Source: Pseudomonadota bacterium (GTDB lineage: Bacteria; Pseudomonadota; Gammaproteobacteria; JAKAQQ01). Taken from it: 64,000 nt of DNA. The notes below the pieces were generated by a model that saw nothing but the letters and a program-made list of their open reading frames with translations, was not told the origin of the DNA and searched no databases. This document shows, one piece after another, positions 1-9,328 of this stretch. The stretch spans positions 64,001-128,000 of the forward strand of contig DAHVLZ010000018.1 of assembly GCA_027320085.1 (NCBI GenBank), in the 5' to 3' direction. How positions within the stretch are numbered: position 1 is the stretch's first letter; every line of letters begins with the position of its first letter. A program made the translations under genes and the position numbers.

Positions 1-508
1 TCCGGAAATTGTTGAGACGGGCTTCGTCGATGCGGCCCTCGAGGAAGGCCCGCGCGTAGATTCCGGGCGAGGAATGGCCCTGGATGTAGATGTAATCCGA
101 TCCGTCCTTCGCCTCCGGCCCGTGCCAGAAGTGGTTGAAACCGACCTCGTAGAGCAGGAGCGAGGAGGCATACGACGCGATGTGTCCACCGATTCCGCTG
201 TGGGCCCGGTTGGCTCGCACCACCATGGCCATCGCATTCCACCGGAGGTAGGCTTCGATGCGTTTCTCGAGGGCCCGGTCGCCGGGATATGGCGGTTCTT
301 GATGGGACGGAATAGTGTTGAGGTAGGCGGTATTGGTGGAAAGCGGCGCGGTGAGTCCGGATCGACGGGCTTCGTCGATCAGGGTGTCGAGCAAGGCATG
401 GGCGGAATCGAGCCCCTCATGCGCGATCAGCCCCCGGAGGGCTTCGATCCATTCGGAGCGTTCCTCCGGATCCAGTGGGGCGGGCGTGGGATCGGATGAA
501 TCAGCCAT
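1..508 (-). CDS. aceE: Pyruvate dehydrogenase E1 component, N-terminal part (runs off window start)
   Basis: Not in the ORF track. Manual translation from ATG at 508: MADSSDPTPAPLDPEERSEWIEAL...LRWNAMAMVVRAN...GGHIASYASS...LYEVGFNHF...YIQGHSSPGIYARAFLEGR, the AceE signature. Confidence 0.95.
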   Translation of the reverse strand, partial: MADSSDPTPAPLDPEERSEWIEALRGLIAHEGLDSAHALLDTLIDEARRSGLTAPLSTNTAYLNTIPSHQEPPYPGDRALEKRIEAYLRWNAMAMVVRANRAHSGIGGHIASYASSLLLYEVGFNHFWHGPEAKDGSDYIYIQGHSSPGIYARAFLEGRIDEARLNNFR

Positions 509-701
509 GGGCGGGGGTTCCTGCAAGGGATGCTGCGGAGGGCGACCTGATGTCGGATTCAGCCGGCTCGCGGCTCTCCGATCCTGTCCAACCATTGATG
601 ATGGACACCGCGCTGCTTTGCTGCGATCCCTGAAGTACCGACGCGGGATATAATCGCCCATGCCCGGGATTGAGTCAAGCTGAGAACTTCTACCGGTCGG
701 G

Positions 702-1760
702 ATGCCGACATCCATGAATCTCGAAATTCGCGAGCCCGATGACATGCATGTGCACCTGCGGGACGGGGCCGTCTTGGCCCTGGTGCTCGGGCATACGGCC
801 GCGCGTTTCCGGCGGGCCGTCGTCATGCCCAACCTGGATCCTCCGCTCGTGACGGTGCCTGCGGTTCTCGCCTACCGCGAACGGATTCGGTCACTTGCGG
901 CCGGACGGATGGCCTTTGAGCCCTGGATGACACTTTACCTGCATGCCCAAACGACGGTGACCGATATCGAGGCCGCTGCCCGTGAACCGTCCCTCATCGG
1001 TGCCAAGCTCTATCCCCAGGGTGTGACAACCCAGTCGGGATCCGGTATCCGTGATCCACTCGCGCTCCTTCCGGTCTATGAAGTGATGGCCGAACGGGGT
1101 TTGCCGCTGCTCGTGCACGGCGAGGATCCGGACCCGGCCACCGATCCCTTTGATCGGGAGGCTCGCTTCATCGACCGCACGCTCGCTCCCCTGTGCCGGA
1201 AACTGCCGGGGTTGCGGATCGTTTTCGAGCACATCACGACGGCAGATGCAGTGGATTTCGTCCGTTCGGAATCCCCCCGGATGGCTGCCACGATCACCGC
1301 CCACCATCTCCTCTACGACCGGCGGGCCCTGTTCCACGGAGGCTTGCATCCGCACCTTTTCTGCTGGCCGCTCCCCAAGACGGTGGGCGACCGGGAAGCC
1401 CTCGTTCGGGCCGCGACCGGTGGAGAGCCCTGCTTTTTCCTCGGCACCGACAGTGCCCCCCATCCCCAAGACCGCAAGGAGTCCGATTGCTGCCCGGCCG
1501 GGGTCTATTCCGCGCATGCCGCGCTCGAACTCTATGCCGAGATCTTCGAAGAAGCGGGTTGTCTCGAACGGCTGGGGGGATTTGCCAGCGAGAACGGGGC
1601 CCGTTTCTACCGTCGGCCGCTCAACCCGGGCCGTCTGGTCCTCAAGAAGGTTCCCTGGCGAGTACCCGAAAGTTACCGGGTCTCGTCGGACTATACCCTG
1701 GTTCCCCTGCGCGCCGGCGAGACCCTGGCCTGGTCGGTCTCGAGACGGGAGATGGCGTAG
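702..1760 (+). CDS. pyrC: Dihydroorotase (type II)
   Basis: PDDMHVHLRDG, VMPNL, KLYP, LLVHGE, FEHITT and FFLGTDSAPH motifs. Confidence 0.96.
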   Translation: MPTSMNLEIREPDDMHVHLRDGAVLALVLGHTAARFRRAVVMPNLDPPLVTVPAVLAYRERIRSLAAGRMAFEPWMTLYLHAQTTVTDIEAAAREPSLIGAKLYPQGVTTQSGSGIRDPLALLPVYEVMAERGLPLLVHGEDPDPATDPFDREARFIDRTLAPLCRKLPGLRIVFEHITTADAVDFVRSESPRMAATITAHHLLYDRRALFHGGLHPHLFCWPLPKTVGDREALVRAATGGEPCFFLGTDSAPHPQDRKESDCCPAGVYSAHAALELYAEIFEEAGCLERLGGFASENGARFYRRPLNPGRLVLKKVPWRVPESYRVSSDYTLVPLRAGETLAWSVSRREMA

Positions 1761-1762
1761 TC

Positions 1763-2422
1763 ATGCGGGCGATGGCCGAACGCTTCCGGGGATTTTTGCC
1801 CGTCGTGGTCGATCTCGAGACCGGCGGGTTCGAATCCCGGACGGATGCACTGCTCCAGATCGGCGCGGTGACCCTCACGACCGATGCTTCGGGTGATCTC
1901 GTGCCGGCCGAGTCACTCTCGCTCGAGGTGCTGCCCTTTGAAGGAGCCCGGATCCAGCCGGAGGCGCTCGCCCTGACCGGTATCGATCCCCACCACCCGC
2001 TGCGTCCGGCCCTGCCCGAGGGCGAAGCCTTGATCCGCCTGTTTCGCCTGGTCCGCCGGGCGCTCGTGGCCGAGGGCTGCACACGGGCCATCCTGACCGG
2101 GCACAACGCTTTTTTTGATCTCGGTTTCCTGAATGCGGCCGTCACCCGCAGTGGGGTCAAGCGCAATCCCTTTCATCCCTTCAGCACCTTCGATACCGTG
2201 ACCCTGGCCGGTGTCCTGACGGGCCAGACGGTGCTCGCGAAAGCCGCCCAGTCGCTCGGGCTCACCTTCGATGCGGCACATGCGCACCAAGCGCATTACG
2301 ATGCCCTGCTCACGGCCCGCCTGTTCTGCCTCCTGGTCAATCGCTGTGCCGGGATCGTCTTGGACACCCCGCCGGGCGGGACGGACGAGGCTCAGGATAC
2401 GGAGTGGACGCCTGCGTCCTGA
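1763..2422 (+). CDS. rnt: Ribonuclease T
   Basis: C-terminal part of ORF 1193..2422: RFRGFLPVVVDLETGGF, GHNAFFDLGFL, KRNPFHPFSTFDT, AHQAHYDA. pyrC-rnt synteny. Start at 1763 or 1772. Confidence 0.95.
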   Translation: MRAMAERFRGFLPVVVDLETGGFESRTDALLQIGAVTLTTDASGDLVPAESLSLEVLPFEGARIQPEALALTGIDPHHPLRPALPEGEALIRLFRLVRRALVAEGCTRAILTGHNAFFDLGFLNAAVTRSGVKRNPFHPFSTFDTVTLAGVLTGQTVLAKAAQSLGLTFDAAHAHQAHYDALLTARLFCLLVNRCAGIVLDTPPGGTDEAQDTEWTPAS

Positions 2423-2736
2423 ATCTTGCGCGCCAGCTCACCGCTGCCCAACAGTTCCTCCGTGATATCGGCGCCGCCGATGAACTCCCCGCCGATGAAA
2501 ATCTGCGGGAAGGTCGGCCAGTCACTGATCTGGGGCAGGCGGGCACGGACATCGGGTTCCGCCAAGACGTCGACCCAGGCGAGATCACGGGCGCCCGCTT
2601 CACGCAGGGCCTCGACCGCCCGTGCCGAGAACCCGCAGCGCGGGAAGTCCGGCTGTCCCTTCATGAAAATCAAAATCGGGCGGGTGGCGATCAGTTGACG
2701 GATGTGGTCGTCGGTTTCATGAGGAGAACGGGTCAT
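2392..2736 (-). CDS. grxD: Monothiol glutaredoxin (Grx4)
   Basis: FMKG, PRCGFS and WPTFPQIFIGGEFIGG motifs. Confidence 0.95.
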   Translation of the reverse strand: MTRSPHETDDHIRQLIATRPILIFMKGQPDFPRCGFSARAVEALREAGARDLAWVDVLAEPDVRARLPQISDWPTFPQIFIGGEFIGGADITEELLGSGELARKIQDAGVHSVS

Positions 2737-2944
2737 GGGGAGATCTCCGAAATGCAGGTTGCCCGGGTTCAGAGCGGTCGGGTAATTGTCGCATGATTTC
2801 CCCTCGTTCAGCGTCCGTCAGGCTGGACCAGCGGGCGATTTCCCCGAGCGAGCGCCGACAGCCGATGCACCATCCCCGCCCCGGATCGAGACGGCAGACC
2901 CCGATACAGGGGGTGACAATCCCGGAGGTACCGGGGGCCGGCAT
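2717..2944 (-). CDS. DUF1289 small Cys-rich protein
   Basis: TPCIGVCRLD...CIGCRRSLGEIARW...ER pattern. Confidence 0.85.
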   Translation of the reverse strand: MPAPGTSGIVTPCIGVCRLDPGRGWCIGCRRSLGEIARWSSLTDAERGEIMRQLPDRSEPGQPAFRRSPHDPFSS

Positions 2945-2949
2945 GGGCT

Positions 2950-3534
2950 TCAGCGCGAGAATTGCCGGGCCACAAAATCCCAGTTGACGAGCTGCCAGAA
3001 GGATTCGAGATATTTGGGCCGCGCGTTCCGGTAATCAATGTAGTAGGCATGTTCCCACACGTCACAGGTGAGAAGGGGACGGGATTGTCCTTCGCGGATC
3101 GGGGTTTCGGCATTGCCGGTCTGGAGAAGGTCGAACTTCCCGTTGGGCAGGAGGACGAGCCAGGTCCAGCCCGAGCCGAAGAGTGTGGCTGCCTTTTCAT
3201 TGAAGGCCTTGCGGAAATCGTCGATCGACCCGAATTGGCCGGTCAGGGCGCGTGCCAGTTCGCCTTTTGGTTCGGCGTGTTTCTCCGGGCCGAGCCCCTC
3301 GAAGTAAAAGGTATGGTTCCACACCTGGGCCGCGTTGTTGAAAATCGGCCCCTTGGCCTTGGCAATGATCGTCTCGAGCGGGGAGTCCGCAAACTCGGTT
3401 CCCGGAATCAGTTTGTTCAGGTTATCGACGTAGGCGCGGTGGTGTTTGCCGTGATGGTACTGGAGGGTTTCCCGCGAAATGCGCGGTTCCAGGGCATTTT
3501 CGGGATAAGGCAGGGGCGGCAGTTCATGCGTCAT
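2950..3534 (-). CDS. sodB: Fe superoxide dismutase
   Basis: LPPLPY, HHGKHH, FNNAAQVWNHTFY (Fe-type AAQ), FGSGW and DVWEHAYY. Confidence 0.96.
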   Translation of the reverse strand: MTHELPPLPYPENALEPRISRETLQYHHGKHHRAYVDNLNKLIPGTEFADSPLETIIAKAKGPIFNNAAQVWNHTFYFEGLGPEKHAEPKGELARALTGQFGSIDDFRKAFNEKAATLFGSGWTWLVLLPNGKFDLLQTGNAETPIREGQSRPLLTCDVWEHAYYIDYRNARPKYLESFWQLVNWDFVARQFSR

Positions 3535-3756
3535 GGGACCCTCCGGGGCGGGGAATAATGGGCAAGCCTATTAGTCTAGCTCGATTTTTCTCCTGAGTCC
3601 GGAGGCTGAAACCGGTCAAAGCTCGGGATTTTCGTTTGCGGGCGTATCGAACGCCCATTGTGACGAGCTCGGCAAACCCGCTCGGGGGAAACGTGGGGTT
3701 AACCGCCAATCCGGGCAAATCGCCAGTTGGGGGTTCCTGTGCCCCGGGTTCCCCGT

Positions 3757-4419
3757 TCAGGTACCCTTTGCCAGGCCCGTACCCGAAACGGAACTGACTG
3801 GCACTGGCGGATGCAGCAGGTGCCCGCCGTTTTCATGTATCCAGACGATCAGCGAGTTCAGCAGGGGATAGAACGTGTTTTGGTCATTGACGTTTTTGGA
3901 AAAGAAAAAACGAAATCTTTCCCGGGTCACAAAGAGATTGCGGGTTGTCAGTGGATCGGTCACGATCAGCTCGGCTTTGCGCATGCCGTGCCGATTTCCG
4001 CTTGCGGCGTTGATTTGAACGTGGATCCACAGAAAGGGGCCCCAAACCTTGTAGGCGTGATGAAGATCCAGAAGGCTGTTCAGGCTTTTGATTCGGTGCG
4101 CGAGACCTGCCCGAATGATTTTTTTCTGTAAATCCGCACTATTCATGACGTGTCGAAAGGCGCCCATGTAGCGGACTTCCCGAGCCCAAAAAGTTCCCGC
4201 AGTAACCAAGACGTTTCCGTGATAGTGGGCGAGATTCGTCTTCCGGTTGATCAGGACGGGTGCCTTGCGTTCGGGAGTGGCCTGATTAAAGGTGCTGGCT
4301 GTCGGGAAGTATCCGGTTTGGGGGTCGACCGGCACGGCTCGGAAGTAGGTAAAGCCGCAGCTCGAAAGGGAAAGCGTCAACAACCCAACCAGAAGGCACA
4401 TTATTTTCGGGAGTTTCAT
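3757..4419 (-). CDS. Hypothetical lipoprotein
   Basis: Basic N-region, hydrophobic stretch and lipobox LSSC. Fills the gap between sodB and nadC. No family recognised. Confidence 0.7.
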   Translation of the reverse strand: MKLPKIMCLLVGLLTLSLSSCGFTYFRAVPVDPQTGYFPTASTFNQATPERKAPVLINRKTNLAHYHGNVLVTAGTFWAREVRYMGAFRHVMNSADLQKKIIRAGLAHRIKSLNSLLDLHHAYKVWGPFLWIHVQINAASGNRHGMRKAELIVTDPLTTRNLFVTRERFRFFFSKNVNDQNTFYPLLNSLIVWIHENGGHLLHPPVPVSSVSGTGLAKGT

Positions 4420-4745
4420 GCTAAGTTTCCTCGGATCCAGTTTCCGGTCCAGTTGATTGCGGTTTATTCAGGTTCCAGTGCCACGTTCCCGTTGCAACTT
4501 GCGAGTATCCTAACATACAGGTAACACACGCGAATCAGGGCGGGCAAAGGATTTGGGGAAGGTCCGCGCAACTCAATAAAGTTGAAATCATGAAACTTGA
4601 ATCGTGACTTGCGATCATTGACCGTCCCGGTGTTCGGGTGCTGTCATTTCATTGGTGGGAGCACACCGGGTTGTACCTTCACCGCGCGTTTACCAGGGGG
4701 ATGGGGACTCCGGCAGCACTCGTTCGGCTTGCGTAAAATCCGCAC

Positions 4746-5624
4746 ATGACCCTCTCTTCCCCGGCCAGTTCTGGTGTTCCGTTCCCGGCTCCGCCCGTGC
4801 CCCCGGATCTCATGGCCACGGTGCGGGGCGCGCTGGCGGAGGATCTTGGTTCCGGGGATCTGACCGCCGAAACCCTGGTGTCGGCCGGACAAAAGGTGCG
4901 GGCCACACTCTGGCTCCGGGAGAACGCCGTGATCGCGGGGATCCCCTGGTTCGAGGCGAGTTTCCATCTGCTTGACCCGAGTCTCCGGATCGGATGGAAG
5001 ATCGGGGAGGGAGAGCAGGTCGAGGCGGACACGGTGCTGGCCGAGATCGAGGGCCGGGCACACCCGGTTCTCGGCGCCGAGCGGACCGCCCTCAACTTTC
5101 TGCAACTCTTGTCGGGGACGGCAACGGTCACCCGGCGCTATGTCCAGGCCGTGGCGGGGACGCCGTGCCGGATTCTTGACACCCGAAAGACCCTGCCCGG
5201 TCTCCGGTCAGCCCAGAAATACGCCACGCGGGTCGGGGGAGCCACCAACCACCGTTTTGGCCTCTACGACGCCATCCTCATCAAGGAGAACCACCTGGCC
5301 AGTGTGGGAGGCATTCCGGCTGCCTTGGAGAAGGCCCGAGGACATCCTGGGGTCCGGATCATTCTCGAGGTCGAAACCCTGACCGAGCTTGAGGAGGCTC
5401 TCGCCCTCGGGGCACCCTGGATCCTGCTCGACAATTTTTCATTGGATGACGTCCAGGAAGCCGTCCGACTCACGGCCGGGCGCGCCCGGCTCGAGGCCTC
5501 GGGCGGAATGGATCTCGATACCGTCCGCGCCGTGGCCGCCTGTGGAGTCGATTTCATCTCGGTCGGCGCCTTGACCAAGCACGTCCGGGCCGTTGACCTG
5601 TCGCTCCGGATCATCGGCGATTAG
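4746..5624 (+). CDS. nadC: Quinolinate phosphoribosyltransferase
   Basis: ALAEDLG.GDLT, ERTALNFLQ, DTRKTLPG, NHRFGLYD, LIKENH, LLDNF and EASGG. Confidence 0.96.
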   Translation: MTLSSPASSGVPFPAPPVPPDLMATVRGALAEDLGSGDLTAETLVSAGQKVRATLWLRENAVIAGIPWFEASFHLLDPSLRIGWKIGEGEQVEADTVLAEIEGRAHPVLGAERTALNFLQLLSGTATVTRRYVQAVAGTPCRILDTRKTLPGLRSAQKYATRVGGATNHRFGLYDAILIKENHLASVGGIPAALEKARGHPGVRIILEVETLTELEEALALGAPWILLDNFSLDDVQEAVRLTAGRARLEASGGMDLDTVRAVAACGVDFISVGALTKHVRAVDLSLRIIGD

Positions 5625-6306
5625 GCTCGCGAGAGCCCGACGGGGTTTTAGCCTTAAAGCGGCAGAGATCGCGGATCTGGCATTCCGGACAACGGGGTTT
5701 GCGCGCCTGGCAGACATGGCGACCATGCAGGACGAGCCAGTGATGGGCACGTGACCGGTAGCGATCGGGCACACACTTGTCGAGCTGGGTTTCGACCGCA
5801 CGGGGGGTTTCCCCGGGCGCGAGACCGGTCCGGTTGGCCACACGGAACACGTGGGTGTCGACGGCAATCGTTCCTGCGGCCAGGAGGGTGTTCAGGATGA
5901 CGTTCGCGCTTTTGCGGCCGATGCCGGGCAGCTGCATCAGCTCGGCGCGGCTTTGCGGAACCGCCCCAGCGAATCGATCTTGCAAGAGTTTCGAGGTGGC
6001 CAGGAGATGGCGGGTTTTCGTCCGAAAGAGGCCGAGGCCGCGCAGGTGCTCGGTCAGGGTCTCAGGACCCAATGCAAGCAGTGCAGCGGGATCCCGGGCT
6101 ACCGGGAACAGGGAGGCGGTGGCCCGGTTCACGGCCTGATCGGTCGTCTGTGCCGACAACAGGACCGCGACGAGCAGTTCAAAGGGAGAAGCGAAGTGGA
6201 GCTCGGTCGTGGGCTCGGGATTCGCTTTGGCAAAACGCCGGAACAGGGTATTCACCTCACGGGCCGACCATCGGTCTTTCCTCCCCGGCCGAGGCTGGTC
6301 TTTCAC
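5611..6306 (-). CDS. nth: Endonuclease III
   Basis: TELHFASPFELLVAVLLSAQTTD, HhH LPGIGRKSANV, VDTHVFRV and a C-terminal CQARKPRCPECQIRDLC 4Fe-4S motif. GTG at 6306 overlaps the rsxB stop. Confidence 0.94.
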   Translation of the reverse strand: MKDQPRPGRKDRWSAREVNTLFRRFAKANPEPTTELHFASPFELLVAVLLSAQTTDQAVNRATASLFPVARDPAALLALGPETLTEHLRGLGLFRTKTRHLLATSKLLQDRFAGAVPQSRAELMQLPGIGRKSANVILNTLLAAGTIAVDTHVFRVANRTGLAPGETPRAVETQLDKCVPDRYRSRAHHWLVLHGRHVCQARKPRCPECQIRDLCRFKAKTPSGSREPNRR

Positions 6307-6950
6307 GACTTGGGGTTCCGGGAGCGACCCCGGGCACGGGCTGCACGCCGGATCCGTCTTTCCTCGACCATCAGGCGGATCTCCGCGAGCAGAGCCTCGC
6401 GGGAGTCGGGTTCTCGCTCGGTCGGGGGGAGGGGAGCCGTGCCGAATCGGGCCCGGTGGCGTTCGTGCCGGTATTTGAGCCAGGCTGCCTGGTTGCGGTT
6501 GAGATCGGCGTCCGGATCTGGCAGAGACCCATTGGATGATTGAGCGTTCGGGATGCCCGGATAGTCCACGAGGTGGATGCAGTCGGTCGGACAGAACGCA
6601 AGGCACAGGCCGCAGCCCGTGCACTCGCTGAAGAGCACCTCGTGAAGCAGGTGTCGTGCCCCGACAATGGCATCGACAGGGCAGGCCGGGAGACAACGGG
6701 TGCAGCCAATGCAATGACCGGGATCGATGCGGGCCCTTTTCGGTGGGTCGGGAACGGGCGGTATGAATCCATCAGGGTCGAGGCCGAGACGCCCGGCCAG
6801 GGCCAAAAATGTGGCCATGCCCCCCGGGTGGCATCGGTTGACCGGGGTCTCCCCGCGGACGAGCGCTTCCGCATAGGGACGGCAACCGGGATAACCGCAC
6901 TGGCGGCATTGCCACTGGGGCAGGATCTCGTCGAGATGCCCCGGATCCAT
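6303..6950 (-). CDS. rsxB: RnfB/RsxB-type ferredoxin subunit (stand-alone)
   Basis: LPQWQCRQCGYPGCRPYA, NRCHPGG, CIGCTRCLPACPVDAI and CTGCGLCLAFCPTDCI. metG-rsxB-nth synteny. Confidence 0.9.
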   Translation of the reverse strand: MDPGHLDEILPQWQCRQCGYPGCRPYAEALVRGETPVNRCHPGGMATFLALAGRLGLDPDGFIPPVPDPPKRARIDPGHCIGCTRCLPACPVDAIVGARHLLHEVLFSECTGCGLCLAFCPTDCIHLVDYPGIPNAQSSNGSLPDPDADLNRNQAAWLKYRHERHRARFGTAPLPPTEREPDSREALLAEIRLMVEERRIRRAARARGRSRNPKS

Positions 6951-6958
6951 GGCCCAGT

Positions 6959-8983
6959 TCAGCGCACGACCATTCCGGGAGTGGCACCGCTGTCCGGACT
7001 CAGAAGGAAGGGACCGGCAGTCCCATCGCTGGCCGCGAGAACCATGGCCTCGGAGAGCCCGAAGCGCATCTTGCGGGGTGCCAGGTTGGCGACCACGACC
7101 GTGAGCCGTCCCACCAGAGTCTCCGGTGCATAGGTCGCCTGGATGCCGGCAAAAACCGTTCTTTCCTCGTCGCCGAGCGAGACCCTGAGACGCAAGAGCT
7201 TGTCCGAACCCTCGACCTTTTCGGCTGCCAGGATCCGCGCAACCCGAAGGTGCACCTGGTTGAATTGGTGGATGTCAATCATGGGCGTGGGATCAGGAGT
7301 CGGATTCATGGGGGAGCCTGCTTTGGAAGTGGAGTCAAGATCCGAGGGGAGGGGCCGGGATGATGTCGTGGGCGTGGATTCGTTCAAGCGGGTGAGCAAG
7401 GGGAGGTAGGGCGGGAGAGACCGATCGAGGAGCGGTTGATCCAGGTCTGCCCAGCGTGCGATGGAGGTCCCAAGCCAGGACTCGATTCGGTCGGTGAGTT
7501 CCGGCAGGACGGGTTTCAGGTAACCCGCAAGCAGCCGGAAGAGGTTGAGCGTCTCGGTGGCGGTTTCCCGTGCCCGTTCGGGATTTTCACGCCGGGTGGA
7601 CCAGGGGGTGTGTGCAGTGAAATACTGGTTGGCCTGATCGGCCAGATCCATGATGGTGCGGAGGGCACGGCTGAAGTCGCGCCCCTCGTAAGCGGCACCG
7701 ATTGCTTCCGCCGACTTCCGGAACCGGTCGTAGAGGTCGGGATCCGGCAGGGAGGGGGAGAGCCGAGATCCAGAACCCGTGTCCAGAAAGGGAGACGAAC
7801 GGGCCGCCAGGTTGACGAACTTGCCCACCAGATCGGCGTTGAAGCGTTGCCGGAGGTCGGCCAAGTCAAGATCGAGATCCTCGATGCCGGATCCGAGCTT
7901 GGTTGCGAAGTAGTAGCGCAAGGCTTCGGGGGGGTGGGTCTCTGCAAAATCGCGGGCGGTGAGAAAAGTGCCCCGGGACTTCGACATTTTTTGCCCATTC
8001 ACCGTGAGAAAGCCGTGGACGAAAAGGCCGCTGGGCAGCCGGAAGCCGGCAGCGGAGAGGAGGGCCGGCCAGAACAGGCCGTGGAAATAAATGATGTCTT
8101 TGCCCAGGAAGTGGTACAGCTCGACCGGGGAACCGGCTTCCAGAGACTCCTCGAAATCCGTTCCGGGGTGTGTCCGGGTCCAGGCGCTGAAGCTGGCCAG
8201 ATAACCGATCGGTGCATCCAGCCAGACATAGAAGAACTGTCGGGACCGGTCCGGGATGGGGAAACCGAAATAAGGCTCATCCCGGGTGATGTCCCAGTCC
8301 CGGAGTTCGCCGCTCAGCCATTCATCCAGTTTTTTTGCGACCCCGCGGTCAAGATCCGCCTGCTCGTGGACAAAACGCTGCAGCCGGTCACGGAAACCCT
8401 CGAGCCGGACGAACACATGCTCGGTCTCGCGCATTTCGGGGGTTTTGCCGGACAGGATCGATCGGGGCGAGACCAGTTCGCTTGGTGAATAGCTCGCACC
8501 GCACACCTCGCAATTGTCGCCGTACTGGTCCATCGCACCGCAACGCGGGCAGGTGCCCCGGATGTAGCGGTCCGGAAGAAACAGCCCCGCTTCCGGATCA
8601 TACATCTGGCGGATGCGCCGGGTGAGCAGGTGATGCCCCTTTTTCAGGGCCTCATAAAATCGCAGGACCAGTGCCTGGTTTTCCGGTGAGTGGGTCGAGT
8701 GATAGTGGTCGAAAGCGATACCGAAGCGGCTGAAGTCCGCGAGATGATCGGCCTGTACAGAGGCAATCAGCTGTTCCGGCGGGATTCCGTCCTGGGCGGC
8801 CCTGAGCATGATCGGGGTCCCATGAGCATCGTCGGCACAGACGAAGATGACGGAGCGTCCAGCCAGGCGGAGGTGGCGGACCCAGATGTCGGCCTGGATC
8901 GTCTCCAGCAGGTGCCCGAGGTGGAGCGGACCGTTGGCGTAGGGGAGGGCCGTGGTGACAAGGAGTCGGGATGGGGCGGGCAC
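6959..8983 (-). CDS. metG: Methionine--tRNA ligase
   Basis: ALPYANGPLHLGH, Zn knuckle CPRC...CEVC, WDITRD, KMSKS and a C-terminal tRNA-binding domain. Confidence 0.97.
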   Translation of the reverse strand: MPAPSRLLVTTALPYANGPLHLGHLLETIQADIWVRHLRLAGRSVIFVCADDAHGTPIMLRAAQDGIPPEQLIASVQADHLADFSRFGIAFDHYHSTHSPENQALVLRFYEALKKGHHLLTRRIRQMYDPEAGLFLPDRYIRGTCPRCGAMDQYGDNCEVCGASYSPSELVSPRSILSGKTPEMRETEHVFVRLEGFRDRLQRFVHEQADLDRGVAKKLDEWLSGELRDWDITRDEPYFGFPIPDRSRQFFYVWLDAPIGYLASFSAWTRTHPGTDFEESLEAGSPVELYHFLGKDIIYFHGLFWPALLSAAGFRLPSGLFVHGFLTVNGQKMSKSRGTFLTARDFAETHPPEALRYYFATKLGSGIEDLDLDLADLRQRFNADLVGKFVNLAARSSPFLDTGSGSRLSPSLPDPDLYDRFRKSAEAIGAAYEGRDFSRALRTIMDLADQANQYFTAHTPWSTRRENPERARETATETLNLFRLLAGYLKPVLPELTDRIESWLGTSIARWADLDQPLLDRSLPPYLPLLTRLNESTPTTSSRPLPSDLDSTSKAGSPMNPTPDPTPMIDIHQFNQVHLRVARILAAEKVEGSDKLLRLRVSLGDEERTVFAGIQATYAPETLVGRLTVVVANLAPRKMRFGLSEAMVLAASDGTAGPFLLSPDSGATPGMVVR

Positions 8984-9146
8984 AAACGGTTCCAGTTACC
9001 GGTGAGGCTGGCCTCTAGCATACCTTGACGGCTTCGCATTTGCGTTTTCTGGCGCTCGGTGCGGGGAAAGGATACGAGCGGGCAGCGTTCGTGGAGCTTT
9101 GGGACCATCCGGTTTGGATGGATGCCTCTGAAGCGCCCGCCGCGGG

Positions 9147-9172
9147 TGGAGGGCCGGCAGGCCGGCCCTCCA
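9147..9172. repeat. Perfect GC-rich inverted repeat (stem-loop)
   Basis: TGGAGGGCCGGC-AG-GCCGGCCCTCCA with 12-bp arms, between the TonB receptor 3' end and metG. No U-tract. Confidence 0.7.
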
Positions 9173-9328
9173 AGCCACAAGCTCGGGGTCTGGGATCGAG
9201 CACCAACCCGGACGTTGTGAGCGTACGGCCGGGGCACTGATCCAGGGCGTGAATCAGGGCGATCTGGCTCGACACCCTCATTTCCTCACTCCATCTCCAG
9301 CAGAAGGGTTGATGCTCAAGCGGTTGCT

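Noticed and set aside
2392-2422. Convergent 3' overlaps (rnt/grxD; also nadC/nth and dcd/DUF3108)
   Set aside because: Short tail-to-tail overlaps are ordinary in compact high-GC genomes.
3553-3573. ATAATG...TATT upstream of sodB as a possible Fur box
   Set aside because: Only about half the positions match the 19-bp consensus.
6303-6950. RnfB without other Rnf subunits
   Set aside because: Stand-alone rsxB next to nth and metG is a common arrangement in aerobic Proteobacteria.
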